Of a DNA stretch of 64,000 bases, positions 23,447 to 34,931 are shown one piece after another (the stretch's first letter is position 1; each line of letters begins with the position of its first letter). The DNA lies in the NCBI GenBank assembly GCA_973851085.1, contig OZ316776.1:11036001-11100000 (forward strand), read 5' to 3'. Position numbers and translations under genes: made by a program. This DNA comes from Ptychomitrium polyphyllum (Eukaryota). The notes beneath the pieces are model-generated. The model was not told where the DNA came from, did no database searches, and saw nothing but the letters and a program-made list of their open reading frames with translations.

Positions 23447-26400
23447 ATGGGGAATGTACTGCAGTTGTCTGAGGGGGAATGTGAACAAAGGATGAAGGAG
23501 TTTCCTCTTTGGGAGCTGGATCCTGATTCGAGAAGCATGTCAAGGACTTTCGTGGCCAAAAGCTTTGCGGAGGGTGAGCTAATGCCTGTAAGCTACTGTG
23601 TGATCGTTGTTTGGAAGTTCTGTCTGGTCCATTTAGGTAATTTTGTAATGTTTCGCAAACTTGGTCCTTTAGAGAATGTTACCATTGGAGGTATTGTGTG
23701 GCTGCATTGTTCACATTGATCAGTACGTTGAGCATGCCGCTAAATCTATTAGTTCTTGTTGGCAACGATTGCATAAATCCTGTTGTTGTTGTCAGACTGC
23801 GTGCCCTAATCCTCATCTCTCTCATCTGAGTGGCTAAGCACCCTCAGATTCCACTCTCGCACATTTACACTTGGTTTCTTACTATGTTGACCATACAAGT
23901 CCTCTCTAAAATTTGTGAGTAGTCCTGAGAAACATACACTTGTTTCCAGGTCTGAGATTTTTCAATCAGATCGCAGAGCTTGCCGATGTGGAAAGTGGTC
24001 ATCATCCGGTAAGGGCGCTAACCCGTTCTCAAGTGCTACGTTTCAAGTGCTCGATGTGGTTTTTGTTCATAAATGCTTCCTGTGAGAATCTGGAGTTCAT
24101 GGTTTCAGCATTTGTTCAGTGAGGAAGAAGTCTGTTGAGACCTGTCAATAGTAATAATATGTAGAAAGAAGTATTCATTCTGCACACCGTGCTTGCCATC
24201 AAGATCTGACATTAATGACAGCGCTGAAATGGATTAGTAAAAGGCAAGAGATTTCATAACTGGGGAGGCTTGTACACCAAGTCCCTGCAACTTGTGAGAA
24301 TTTTAGGAATATATTGAAAAGTTAGTATCTACATTTTGTAACTAACTATTTCTGCAAGGTTGCTATGAACCGTGACTAATCTGCTTGGGGCTTTAAACTG
24401 GCCTGTGATTGTGCGCAGGATTTGCACTTGACAGACTCTCGGACTGTCAGCTTAGTATTATTTACTTCTGCAGTGAAAGGATTAACCATCCAGGATTTCA
24501 ACTTGGCCAGACAGATTGACAAGTATACTGTGTTGTACTCTTCGAAATGGCTTAGGGAAAACCCACGCATGTAAGCTTCTCCACATCGCCTCAATGTTTT
24601 GTGCACTGCATTGAAGGATCTTCGGCAGAGCTAGTCACTGTTTGTGCGTGCCAGCTAGGAAAAAGGGACGGTCTACGTATCAGCACATCGAGTAGCTGAG
24701 TGTATATTTGGATTCTAATATATCATTGACTGGTCCATTGTTCAGTTGCGGAGTGATCTAGAGCATAGCATTGTAAATTACTCTTAGTATTGCGATTACA
24801 TGCTGAATGGATGTTGCTTCGAAAATTATGATCCAGTTTCTGAACAAGAACCTCTGTTGCAGAATTGAAATATTAGTACAGAATCAGGAGAAAGATATTG
24901 TCTCAGGTATATCATGCAAGTTTACTCTGAAAGGCTCGAACCATTTTTCCAGGTTGATGAGCTTTGTCAATACAACTATGTATAAGATGAAATTAACTTA
25001 TTGTTCAAGTACAGTCCCTATTTCAGGATGAGTTTGTTTGACCTTTTTGAGTTTGAACCTTTGTGATCTACATGCTGGATATCTGCTCGTCTCTCATGGA
25101 AACATTTTGCTGCACATGCAGACGTCAAGTGCCCCGACAGGAAGACTATGTCAGGAATAGGTGAACTGTTACAAGTAGGACAAGATGCACAAAGAGGTAT
25201 TCCACCGATGCAACCAGAACAAGGGAATGTTCCAATGATGGAAGTTGAACAAGAAGGAGGTTTTGATATGCTCGAATATGAATGGCCCAAACTTCTCTCC
25301 GATGATGATTTGAAAGAACGCTTGAGATTTCTGTCCAATTGGAAACTTTCACCTGACAGAAGATCCATCTACAGGACATTCCAGGCCAGAAATTTCTCTG
25401 AGGGTGAATATTGGTCATCTTCCTGGTTGCTCTGAGCACTTCTCGTCTTAAAATAAATTGTGTTTTATTATCGCAGGTCAGGACTCAGCATGTTCCTTTG
25501 CTACATATGCATTAAATGTTAAGTGCGATTTAAACTTACCAGGGCTCTTGGGGGACAGGTATTAAGTTTTTTAATGCGGTTGCAAGGTTAGCAGAGGAGG
25601 AAGGTCATTCTCCCGTGAGAGCCTCAACTCATAAGCATTTCCTTAGTTTTTCTTTGCGTTGTACTCTTAACTTCAGGGCATTTATCAGTTCAAGACCAAA
25701 AACTGTTACTTTTTCGACGTCAATATCTATCTTGCATAATCGAGATCTTATTGATTGAGTAACATTTTAGTTTAATTGCGGTAGGCAACGCTTGTGCTTG
25801 GTTCAACACACGTGCATGCTGTTACTCATGGTAGGAAACGACGATCTCGAAATTTTGGTTTAAAAGCAATTCTTGTCACTTCTCTACCATGGTGTGAATT
25901 GCTTCAAGCTACGTAGATTTACCCAATCGATTCCGTTGTGATGCGTGTGTTTGAAGCAGGACCTACATTTAACAGAATTTCGGAAGGTGAAAGTAGTGCT
26001 TAAGACTCAACAACTCCAGGGAGTATCAAGTTTGGACATAATCATGGCAGAGCGTATAAATAATATTGATGTTCAATACTCAGAACCTCCACAGGACATA
26101 AAAAAGTTCCTGCAAAGCACTATGTGTCAGGAACCAGAAAGGTCACCTTCTCAAGACTCCGATGTTCAGCAACCAGAGGATTCTCCTCAACGGCCAGTAT
26201 TGGAAGTTCAACCTCCAAACAATTTTTCTCAACAGTGAGTATCTGCCCATATTCAATGGGACAGAATCTTTGACTAATTTTTCTAATATTAATGATAATC
26301 TTGATTTTTGAAATCCATTTTGGACTTATTGCTTGCTTGCAAAGACAATCAATGGAATATAGAACACCATTGAATGATTTCTGTCTCATTGAATATCTCA

Positions 26401-27015
26401 CACCATTCTCGTGTCCATCAACTTGCTTCTTAGCTCCCAAGCAATGAAGCCCGGATCTAGGAAGTCAAATAGGATCAACTTCATTGAAAGGTAAATGAAA
26501 GTTCTCCATTTCAGCTATTTCTTTTCAATTATAAGCGTTTTAACTTTGTCCTGTATTTGACAGGCTTATGAACATTGTAAGCAAATGGCATGAGGGTCAT
26601 TGCTTAGAAAATTGTATTGAAGCACCTTGAGTGCCCTGTATCTCTCCACAGATCCGCCGATAGTTCAGAAGCTGACCAGGACACAGCAACTCTTCTGCGT
26701 TCCTTGATACTGGTGTATGCTGACGCTGGAACGGGAGGGCTTTCCATACAAGAAGCTGTGAGAAGAATGAGGAAGCAAGGCCTTCCTGGCCTCAAGGAAA
26801 GAGCCAAGACTGTTCAAGTGGCGAAAATAACAAATAATCACCCGGACTTTGTGGCATGCGACGGCATCGGATGCTTTGCCCTCCGGAAATCCTTGTTAAA
26901 ATGCTTTCGGTCTGGAGCTTTGGATGCAGAAGAGTACGCAGACGAGAAGAAGATGGAGACTACCGTGCTTGAGAAGTATGCTTCAGACTCGTCCAAATCA
27001 GTTTCAAAAGTATAG
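23447..27015 (+). CDS. Tandem pterin-4a-carbinolamine dehydratase (PCD/DCoH)-like domains plus C-terminal HARE-HTH-like winged helix (about 471 aa if fully spliced)
   Basis: Phase-consistent GT-AG exons 23447-23573, 23950-24008, 24419-24570, 24863-24906, 25122-25403, 25559-25614, 25960-26234, 26434-26490, 26652-27015. Domain 1: W-ELDPDSRSMSRTFVAKSFAEGLRFFNQIAELADVESGHHPDLHL...GLTIQDFNLARQID. Domain 2: WKLSPDRRSIYRTFQARNFSEGIKFFNAVARLAEEEGHSPDLHLTEFRKV...GVSSLDIIMAERIN. The PCD identity is clear; the joining into one transcript is inferred. Confidence 0.7.
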
Positions 27016-30000
27016 TTGTCGTTGCCGGTGCCGTTGCCACCGGCTTGTATACTCACTCCAACTAATCAGATGCTGTCCTTTATGCATCACTTCGGAGTTC
27101 AACGAAGAAGTCCTGTTACTTCAACCTCAGAACATCCATAACCAGTCTAACAGTATCCACTTCAAGAAGGGACTACCTTGGAATAAGTAATGAATCATAA
27201 GGTATGTGGCGATCAGTGTTACATATAACTGCTAAAAGGTGCATTTAAAAGTAGGTATGGGCATGAAAGTTATGATGATAAGATGTAGCATTCTTTTTTC
27301 TGTTGGCACAAACGAAAGTAAATTTCATAACGTGTGGCTGCCCACATTGAAGCTGTTACTGTAGGATGTTTTTAATTTTTAATTATATTTTAACCTTAAA
27401 AGCTCAGTCTTTAGAAAGTTTTGTGTGAAAAGTGAGGTCATTCTGAGCAACCCGTTTGCATGATACGGTAAATTATTTTCTTGCGGGAAACAGTCCCTGC
27501 TAGTTTGAGCATATGGCTTCCGGCTATGGAATAAATTACCAGGTTGCCATGCAATCTAGTGTAAATGGCAACAATAAAGGAGTCTGTTTGGAGACAAACA
27601 TCAAATGATTGTGTGCTTGGAGTACATAGTAATTAGTGCTGAGATGAGAGAGTCCATTGGACTATGTAGTACAGTGTGCACACGAATGACAAGAACACCA
27701 ATTATGTAAATCCATTTGCTGTCAATAACTGCAACTCCTCAAGTTGATATAACTTACGTACAATTATATGACGCTTGGAGCAGTGTCTGAGGCTTTCCAT
27801 CAGTGTTCTTCCATCAGTGTTCTGCTGAAATGTACTGTACAATGACAGTGCATTTCAGATGGCAATCATTCGATCATAATAAGTTACTGGGAGTTATCGT
27901 AAGTTAGGTATGCCTCAATTTTGGGTTTCTCTCGAATTCTGCTGAAGAGTTTCCTAAAAATTTCAAATGAAGATATTTCTCGCTTGGAAAGATTCACCAT
28001 TTTACGAGCCAGGAGCCTTGACTTCGCCAAACATTACGGGGAAAATGGTATTACTTGAAAAATTGACGGAACCTACTATAGTGAAGTTGGTCGCTAAAGT
28101 GAGTGACAAATGGGCAACTTCACTCTGGCACATTCTCTTCTGTGAAAGTCTACATCAAGAGATGCATCCATACATACAGGCAAGTCAGGAGAGACCAAGG
28201 CAAAGTACAGAAGAAAATTAATGATAATGTATGTTTAGATAGATTGTACTGTACAGTATTCATGTGTGACAAAGTGACAACGACTCAACTCCAACATCCA
28301 GCTTCCCTTCAGGAAAGTATGCATTATTTAGGTAAAGTGAGGAAAGGAGTGCCCTGCGAAACACATGAGCCATAAATTTATCATTTCGGAATTCCCTGCG
28401 ACACGTATGTGCCGTTACATTCTGCTAGCATCCAAAACCACACATCCAGTGCACGTACCAATACCTTCAAGAAAAGTGGTCACACACAAGAACAGACTAT
28501 CCTAACTTAATCCTGCTTTACACAACTTAGTCCATGATTTGGATCTCATAATTAGTTGATACTAGAAATTTCACCACTTGGGACTCGTTTTACATGTAAT
28601 ATCAAAGATTAAGAATATAACCAAAGTTAACAAATCACTTTACCCTCTTCAGTTGAACGTGTCATTAGCATTATCGATTTGGTAAGAAGACAGTCAAAAG
28701 TTTCAAGAGCTATTTCAGAAGTTTCTTCAATCATTCATCGCGGTCGGCACCCTATACAAACTTGTAATAGGACACACAAAATGGAAGGATCCTTCATAAC
28801 TATCTTCCAGTATAACTTTCTACATCCACGATTTCCATGAAAGGCCACAGTGACTTCCAATTTTATAGTTCCCTTACTATGCATCCCGAAACTTGTATGA
28901 GATGTTCACCAGCGACCTTGACAGTAATACAGAGCTGGTCTAGGCATTTACCTTGCAAGAGCAAAGCCTCCTTTGTATTTCAAACAATGACACAGAACCA
29001 GAATGCAACTTTTGAGAAGCTAATGAATATTGATCGAGTGGAGCCATGTCGAGCTAGAAGATCATTCCAGTATTAGGCTGTGGTGTTTCGTTGACTTTAA
29101 TTCATCCGTAGATTTTGCTATCAAAGTCGATAGTTTGGCACAGCAACGATACAAATATTTATAGGAAGAGTGCCTGAAGGGGTCATGAATCAAAAAAGCT
29201 CTTTGTTTGTGTTCCTGGGCACCGAGGCCCTAGTCAGATGTGACTAATCGAGGATATTAATTTTGCATCCAAGCAACTTAGCTTAGTGACTAAGACCAGT
29301 GATAAATGAATAGAATATATGTGGTATCCAAATTTCCAACAGCTTCCTACAAGAAGGGATCCCCTCTCAAGTTGCATTTCAGTTCTGCTTTTTATGCGAA
29401 TCACATGAAGCAGGTTCACATGGCATTACACTAAACATCCTCAGAAAATTTGAATCAAAACTTGGGGCTGAACCTATCATTGCTTATGAACACCTACAGG
29501 CAGTCCTGTACTGTACAATGTGTGCTCTACTGGCGGCTTGGCTTATGCGGATCACAAACTCCGGAAACTGGCTGCAACTGAGTAGTGTCCACCTACTGTA
29601 CACGTTCTCTTTGAGCCTTGCAGTAACAACTTGTACATAGAAATCATAACTTCTTACAGATTGATAGATTTTTTTGAATTTTCTTCACATGCCAGTACTA
29701 TACTGCAAATACAGTTTTCTACTTGATCGTATTTTATTATCATTCTGTGTACTACTTTTTTGAGGTAGAGACAGAGTGTCGTTGTTCATAATTCTCTGCA
29801 AACTTGGGACTTCTGACCTGCCCAGACCGCAATAAGTTGAGTTCCGTAGTGTCTTGGTTGAAACGTTGACAGAAGGCTGAACCCTACACGGTTTGCAGGC
29901 TGGAGTAACGAGTGTGGTTCATGGCCATTGACCAAATATTATTAGAATCTGCTATCTGACACTGCAGATCACATGCCTGAACCAGTAGCTCTGCACTCGC

Positions 30001-32224
30001 TCGGTTACTGAACTATCTAAACAGGGACCCCACAGATGGGGCTTACAGTACATCTAATAGTTTATACCTATGAATATAAGTATGATGTTCAATTTTAAAA
30101 ATTGTTTCTAAATTAGAAAACCTTTTACATTTTCATGTTTTCAATCTTATTTGATACAAAATACAAATGGTTTGTTAAGATTATTTTGGAATTTGGATTT
30201 CAAAATTATTTGGCACATGTTAGATTTTACTTAATTCCAAAAATTTGAAATAAAATAATTTTTTTAGTTAATTATAATGTTAGAATTATTTTAATTTAGA
30301 TATCTTCTAGAATATAGGTTCAGATGTCTATTATTGAAGATTTAAATCATTTGGATAATTTATCCAAAACATCTTAAATCGGTTATGAGTTGAAATTGCA
30401 AAAACTAAATATTCACATAACATTTGTTTTGTGATTACTCATCGGATTTGAACTTTTCATAGTCTTAGTTCAAAAAAGGATCCTCAGAAACTTGTGTTTT
30501 CTAATCTGAAGTTTTAAAACAAGAAACAAGTCTTTTCTTAGATTGTTTATACTTCAACCTTACCATTTATCTTCATTCTTTAGTTCAAATTATCACCAGT
30601 TTATTTCAGCAGTCTTTCTTTTTACAGAATGTGCAAATTATGAAGATACCCGAATGCTACATCATAGTGTGCAACTACCCTCCGTGTATAGAATTAAAAG
30701 GTTTCGCAGTATGTACGCATCATTTTGTGCTACTACACTTTACTGGCACCATAACCGAGCAAAAGAAGCAACGAAACTGAGATGCTCATGTTACAGCTGC
30801 CAAAGATCGAGCTTGCTTAAAAGTGGATACCGAAAACAGTTTCAACCAAACTGATATTCAGACAACTGGGAGAAGATGCTCTAGAGCTCAATGTTTCTTA
30901 GCTTATAATTAATCTTGGTTGTTGATAAGTTACTTGAGCTCGAAGGGACAGCAAGAGATGGTTTAAGCGCAATGTATCCATGCAGCCGTATCATAGCCAG
31001 CTGGGCTGAGTAAGAAATTCTGGAAGCCTACCTATTCAAGCAGTTTGGTAGGTGTTGAGGACGATTGACAAGTACATTGCAGCACTCTATCAAAGTCCCA
31101 ATCACGGCACCACCTTCTGGCAAATAGAGGCACCACTATTCCTGTAACACCGACATCAAGAAAATTATTGACCTAAATTCATACACTCTATGATAAAGAT
31201 TGAGATCATCCATCAATATGATTGCACCTCAGAACATAACATGAGCTTTGAACCGCAGAAGAACAACGCTGCAGTAGACATCCATTTCTCTACCAGACTG
31301 ATATATAAGGACCTCCAGGAAATTCTCTAAAACAGCACCATATCTAGAAACTGACTGAACAGGCCTAAGCTCAAAAAAAGACAATCAAGTCAAGGTAACA
31401 CATAATATGGTTCACTTCTTTCTGAAATGATCATCAATAAAGTATTCCCTGCTGGGAATGGGAAATGATGTTCTTCTTAGACTACATGTATGTTACCGAG
31501 ACGTCACTTCAGGAAAAGCTGAAACCAAACGGCAAATACATGAGCAATGATTCTGTAGGTTAAAATAATTTAAGGACTCTAATAACCTGCAAAATAGTTC
31601 ATAAACAGCTACCTGCTGGTCTACCTGGTCCAAATTGGATACTGCTACAAGAGTCTCAGATCCGGTTGGGGTGTTGTATTATAGTATTTTTTCACTTGCA
31701 AATGAAATACAGGACTTTATAACAAATGCCAAAGGCAAAGAAATAAAACAGGTGTTGGTGAAAATACAGACAAAGAGCTACAAGCGGTGATGGGGTATTA
31801 CACGGTGATGTTGTGTTTCAACGGAGAGGCAGCAGGGCCTGGCCCACATTGGTTTTGGAGTGGTCTCGTATGGGCAGAATTGTCGCTCCTGCACCTTTTC
31901 TGGCTTTATAAGGGACTAGTTGATTCATAGCCCAGGGCACTCGCCAAGCTGCACCTAATCGTGTATGATCCTCATCATATAAGAACTGACTATTAAGTCC
32001 TGCTAGCAACATGTCCAGCAGAGTTAGGCTCATAATATGGTCGCGCATACCTGCAGTTCTAGAATAACTTATTACGATTCTCCAGGCGAGTCTGCTCTGT
32101 GGTGATAGCAGTAGTACTATCCCCTGTTGGTAAGCAGCTCGGTTTGGCTTCGATCTTGTTGATGAGGTTAAAGTTTACCCAGACTGTGTTGATGAAATCC
32201 AAGGTCGAGCAAGGGAGAGAGACG

Positions 32225-34931
32225 ATGGTCGGCTTGGGGATATGGGCGGTCGTTGTAGTTCTACTGCAAGTGGTGATGGTGCTCACAGGAGTGGCAGGGC
32301 AAGGTTATTATGAGGTGGTGGTGCCGAATGCAGGAATTGCAACCATGCACGCAGCCGTGACGCACCTGGGCAGTGTGGTGCTCTTGGACCGGACCAACGT
32401 TGGCGTCTCGCAGCTCAATCTCCCGGATGGCGTCTGTCGTGACAACCCTCAGGATCGGGTATGTACTTACTCCCCTGATTCAATCTTCTACGGCATCTCT
32501 GTAATCCCTACATAGTTCAGTATCAGAGTTGTGTCGACATTATCAGTGTGAAGGTTGTGACTTCAAAATGAGTTTTAAACGAGATTCGTCACACAAGGGC
32601 GTTGAATTGTAGAATTGCTACACTTAGATTGTTGGATTCAGAACAAGTGTACATAAATGAACTATTCGAGGTAGAAATGTATTCATACCAGCAAGCATGG
32701 CGAGGAGAAGGTGACTAGCCAGTTGTCTTCGAGAAGAATATTTTCATACATTTTGTAATATCTTCGTCCATTGCATTGAACAATGGTGCTTCTGTAATGC
32801 AGGCCACCACGCACGATTGTACAGCGCATTCAGCTCTCTACACCCCGGGCTCGAATGCAATCCGGCCTCTCTTTGTGTACACTGATACGTGGTGTAGTTC
32901 TGGCCAGTTCGATGCGAATGGTCAGCTGGTGCAAACAGGGGGAGACGCGGATGGGTTAATGAAGGTACTTAATACTCGAATCTCCCACTCTTTTCCTCGG
33001 ACACGAATTCAGTACAAAGTCGCGAATATGTGAAAACTCCTCCACCATAGCCAAGTTAACGTAATTATTCGTCACATGGATCGTTTGAGTGCAGATTCGG
33101 ACCTTCGCTCCATGCGGCGACGGCGGATGCAACTGGGTGGAGCAGGACACGCAGCTACAAAACGGACGATGGTACGCCTCCAACCAGATTCTCCCGGACG
33201 GCTCGCAGATCGTCGTGGGTGGACGCAGTGTCCAAACCATCGAGTACGTCCCCGCCAACGGCCGCGGCACCTTCTACCTCGACCTCCTCGCCAAGGTACC
33301 AAAATTATCTCACTAATCACAAAATCCCACCACCAATCACTACATTCCCTTCGTACGCATGCAATTCTCTTTCAAAGAGTATAATCGCTGTCCACATCAA
33401 TATCAAAATTCTCCACATGAAGCTGCCTTCAGAGACACTTAACCAGATTCTTTACCCACAGTCCAAGGTTCCAGAGACAAATTGCTGCGGTTCTTATAAG
33501 CAAAGTTTCGAGTACTCTCTTGCTGCGAAATATGGCTTAAGGTCACCGAGTCAGGATCAAATCTGCCGATTAGCATCCCTAATCGGCTCAATTTCAATCA
33601 GTTCACCCATTAAACTCGCGTGCGGCGCCTGACAAGCTGCACTTCCCACTTTCCATGGCTATGGCCAATTATTGTACTCGCAACAGCTGCCTTGATACAG
33701 ACCTAGACAGCTTTCAATGCACTTGGACTGACAATGTGACGATGGATACAGACAAATGACGCGCAGATGGACAATCTGTACCCGTTTGTGCACCTCCTGC
33801 CCAACAATCAGCTCTACATCTTTGCAAATCGCGACTCAATTCTCTACGACTGGCAGAGTAACACAGTGGCAAAGAACTTCCCGACTATTCCAGGGGAGCC
33901 TCGCAATTATCCGTCCGCGGGAAGCTCCGTGCTGCTCCCCTTGACGGCGGAGGGCGGGTTCAGCTGGCCGGAGGTGCTCGTCTGCGGCGGGGCACAATAT
34001 GGCGCGTACCTGAGTGGCAACATGGCCGACGCTTCAGGAACTTGTGGCAGGATCGCGCCCCTCGCAGACGGAGCGGACTGGGCTATGGAAGACCTCCCTC
34101 ACAAGCGTACCATGGGCGACATGGTGCTGCTCCCCACGCGCGACGTCCTAATTATTAACGGCGCTGCGAACGGGGCGCAGGGCTGGGGCAGCGCGTCCAA
34201 CCCCGTCCAAGCTCCGGAGCTTTACAAACCCAACAACGGCCCCGGGACGCGATTCTCAACCCTCGCGGGCACCGATATCCCGCGCGTCTACCACTCCACT
34301 GCAAACCTCCTGCAAGACGGACGCGTCCTGCTCGCTGGCAGCAACACCCACCAATTCTACCAGCTCACGGGCTACCTCCCGACGGAGCTCCGTGTGGAGA
34401 CGTTTTCCCCGCCTTATTTCGGTGCTAACCCATCAGGCTTCACCGCAGTTCCCGGCACATTGGCATACGGTGCGGATTTCACAGCCGTTGTGAAGGCGAC
34501 GAATCCCACCACGATCGAGCTCAACCTCGTCAACGCGCCCTTCGTCACGCATTCCTACTCAATGGTACGTCGAGGCCTCTTTTCTAGATAACTGCCTAAG
34601 TATGACCTGAGTATCATTCAAAAAGTGACTCCTTGTGCATCGTAGGGACTGTTTTCCTTGTGGATTCGACCGTTTTGCTTGGCGACTGATTGGGAGTGTG
34701 TTTTTTTGTCCTAAACTTCTCTTATCTTTTTTGTGCATTTTGTTTGAGGTGGTGTAGGGACAGCGGATGTTGCAATTGGCCGTGACGGTGCCTGCGGACA
34801 ATGGCGGAGGGGATTATAATGTATACTCGACGGCTCCGCCGTCACAGCAGGTTGCACCAGCGGGGTACTACATGTTGTTTCCCGTAGCAGATGGTGTTGT
34901 AGGATATGCATCGTGGCTGAAAATTGGCTGA
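32225..34931 (+). CDS. GLOX: Secreted glyoxal oxidase / galactose oxidase-like copper-radical aldehyde oxidase (AA5)
   Basis: Exons 32225-32458, 32803-32964, 33095-33295, 33752-34564, 34758-34931. Signal peptide, GIATMH, DTWCSSG (cofactor Cys), RWYASN (cofactor Tyr), NLYPFVHLLP, PRVYHS and FVTHSYS (Cu ligands), C-terminal APAGYYMLF. Confidence 0.95.

Noticed and set aside
24571..24574. In-frame stops immediately after donors at 24570 and 26234, suggesting a programmed isoform ladder
   Set aside because: Phase-2 GTAA/GTGA donors always give an in-frame stop, so this is not evidence of regulation.
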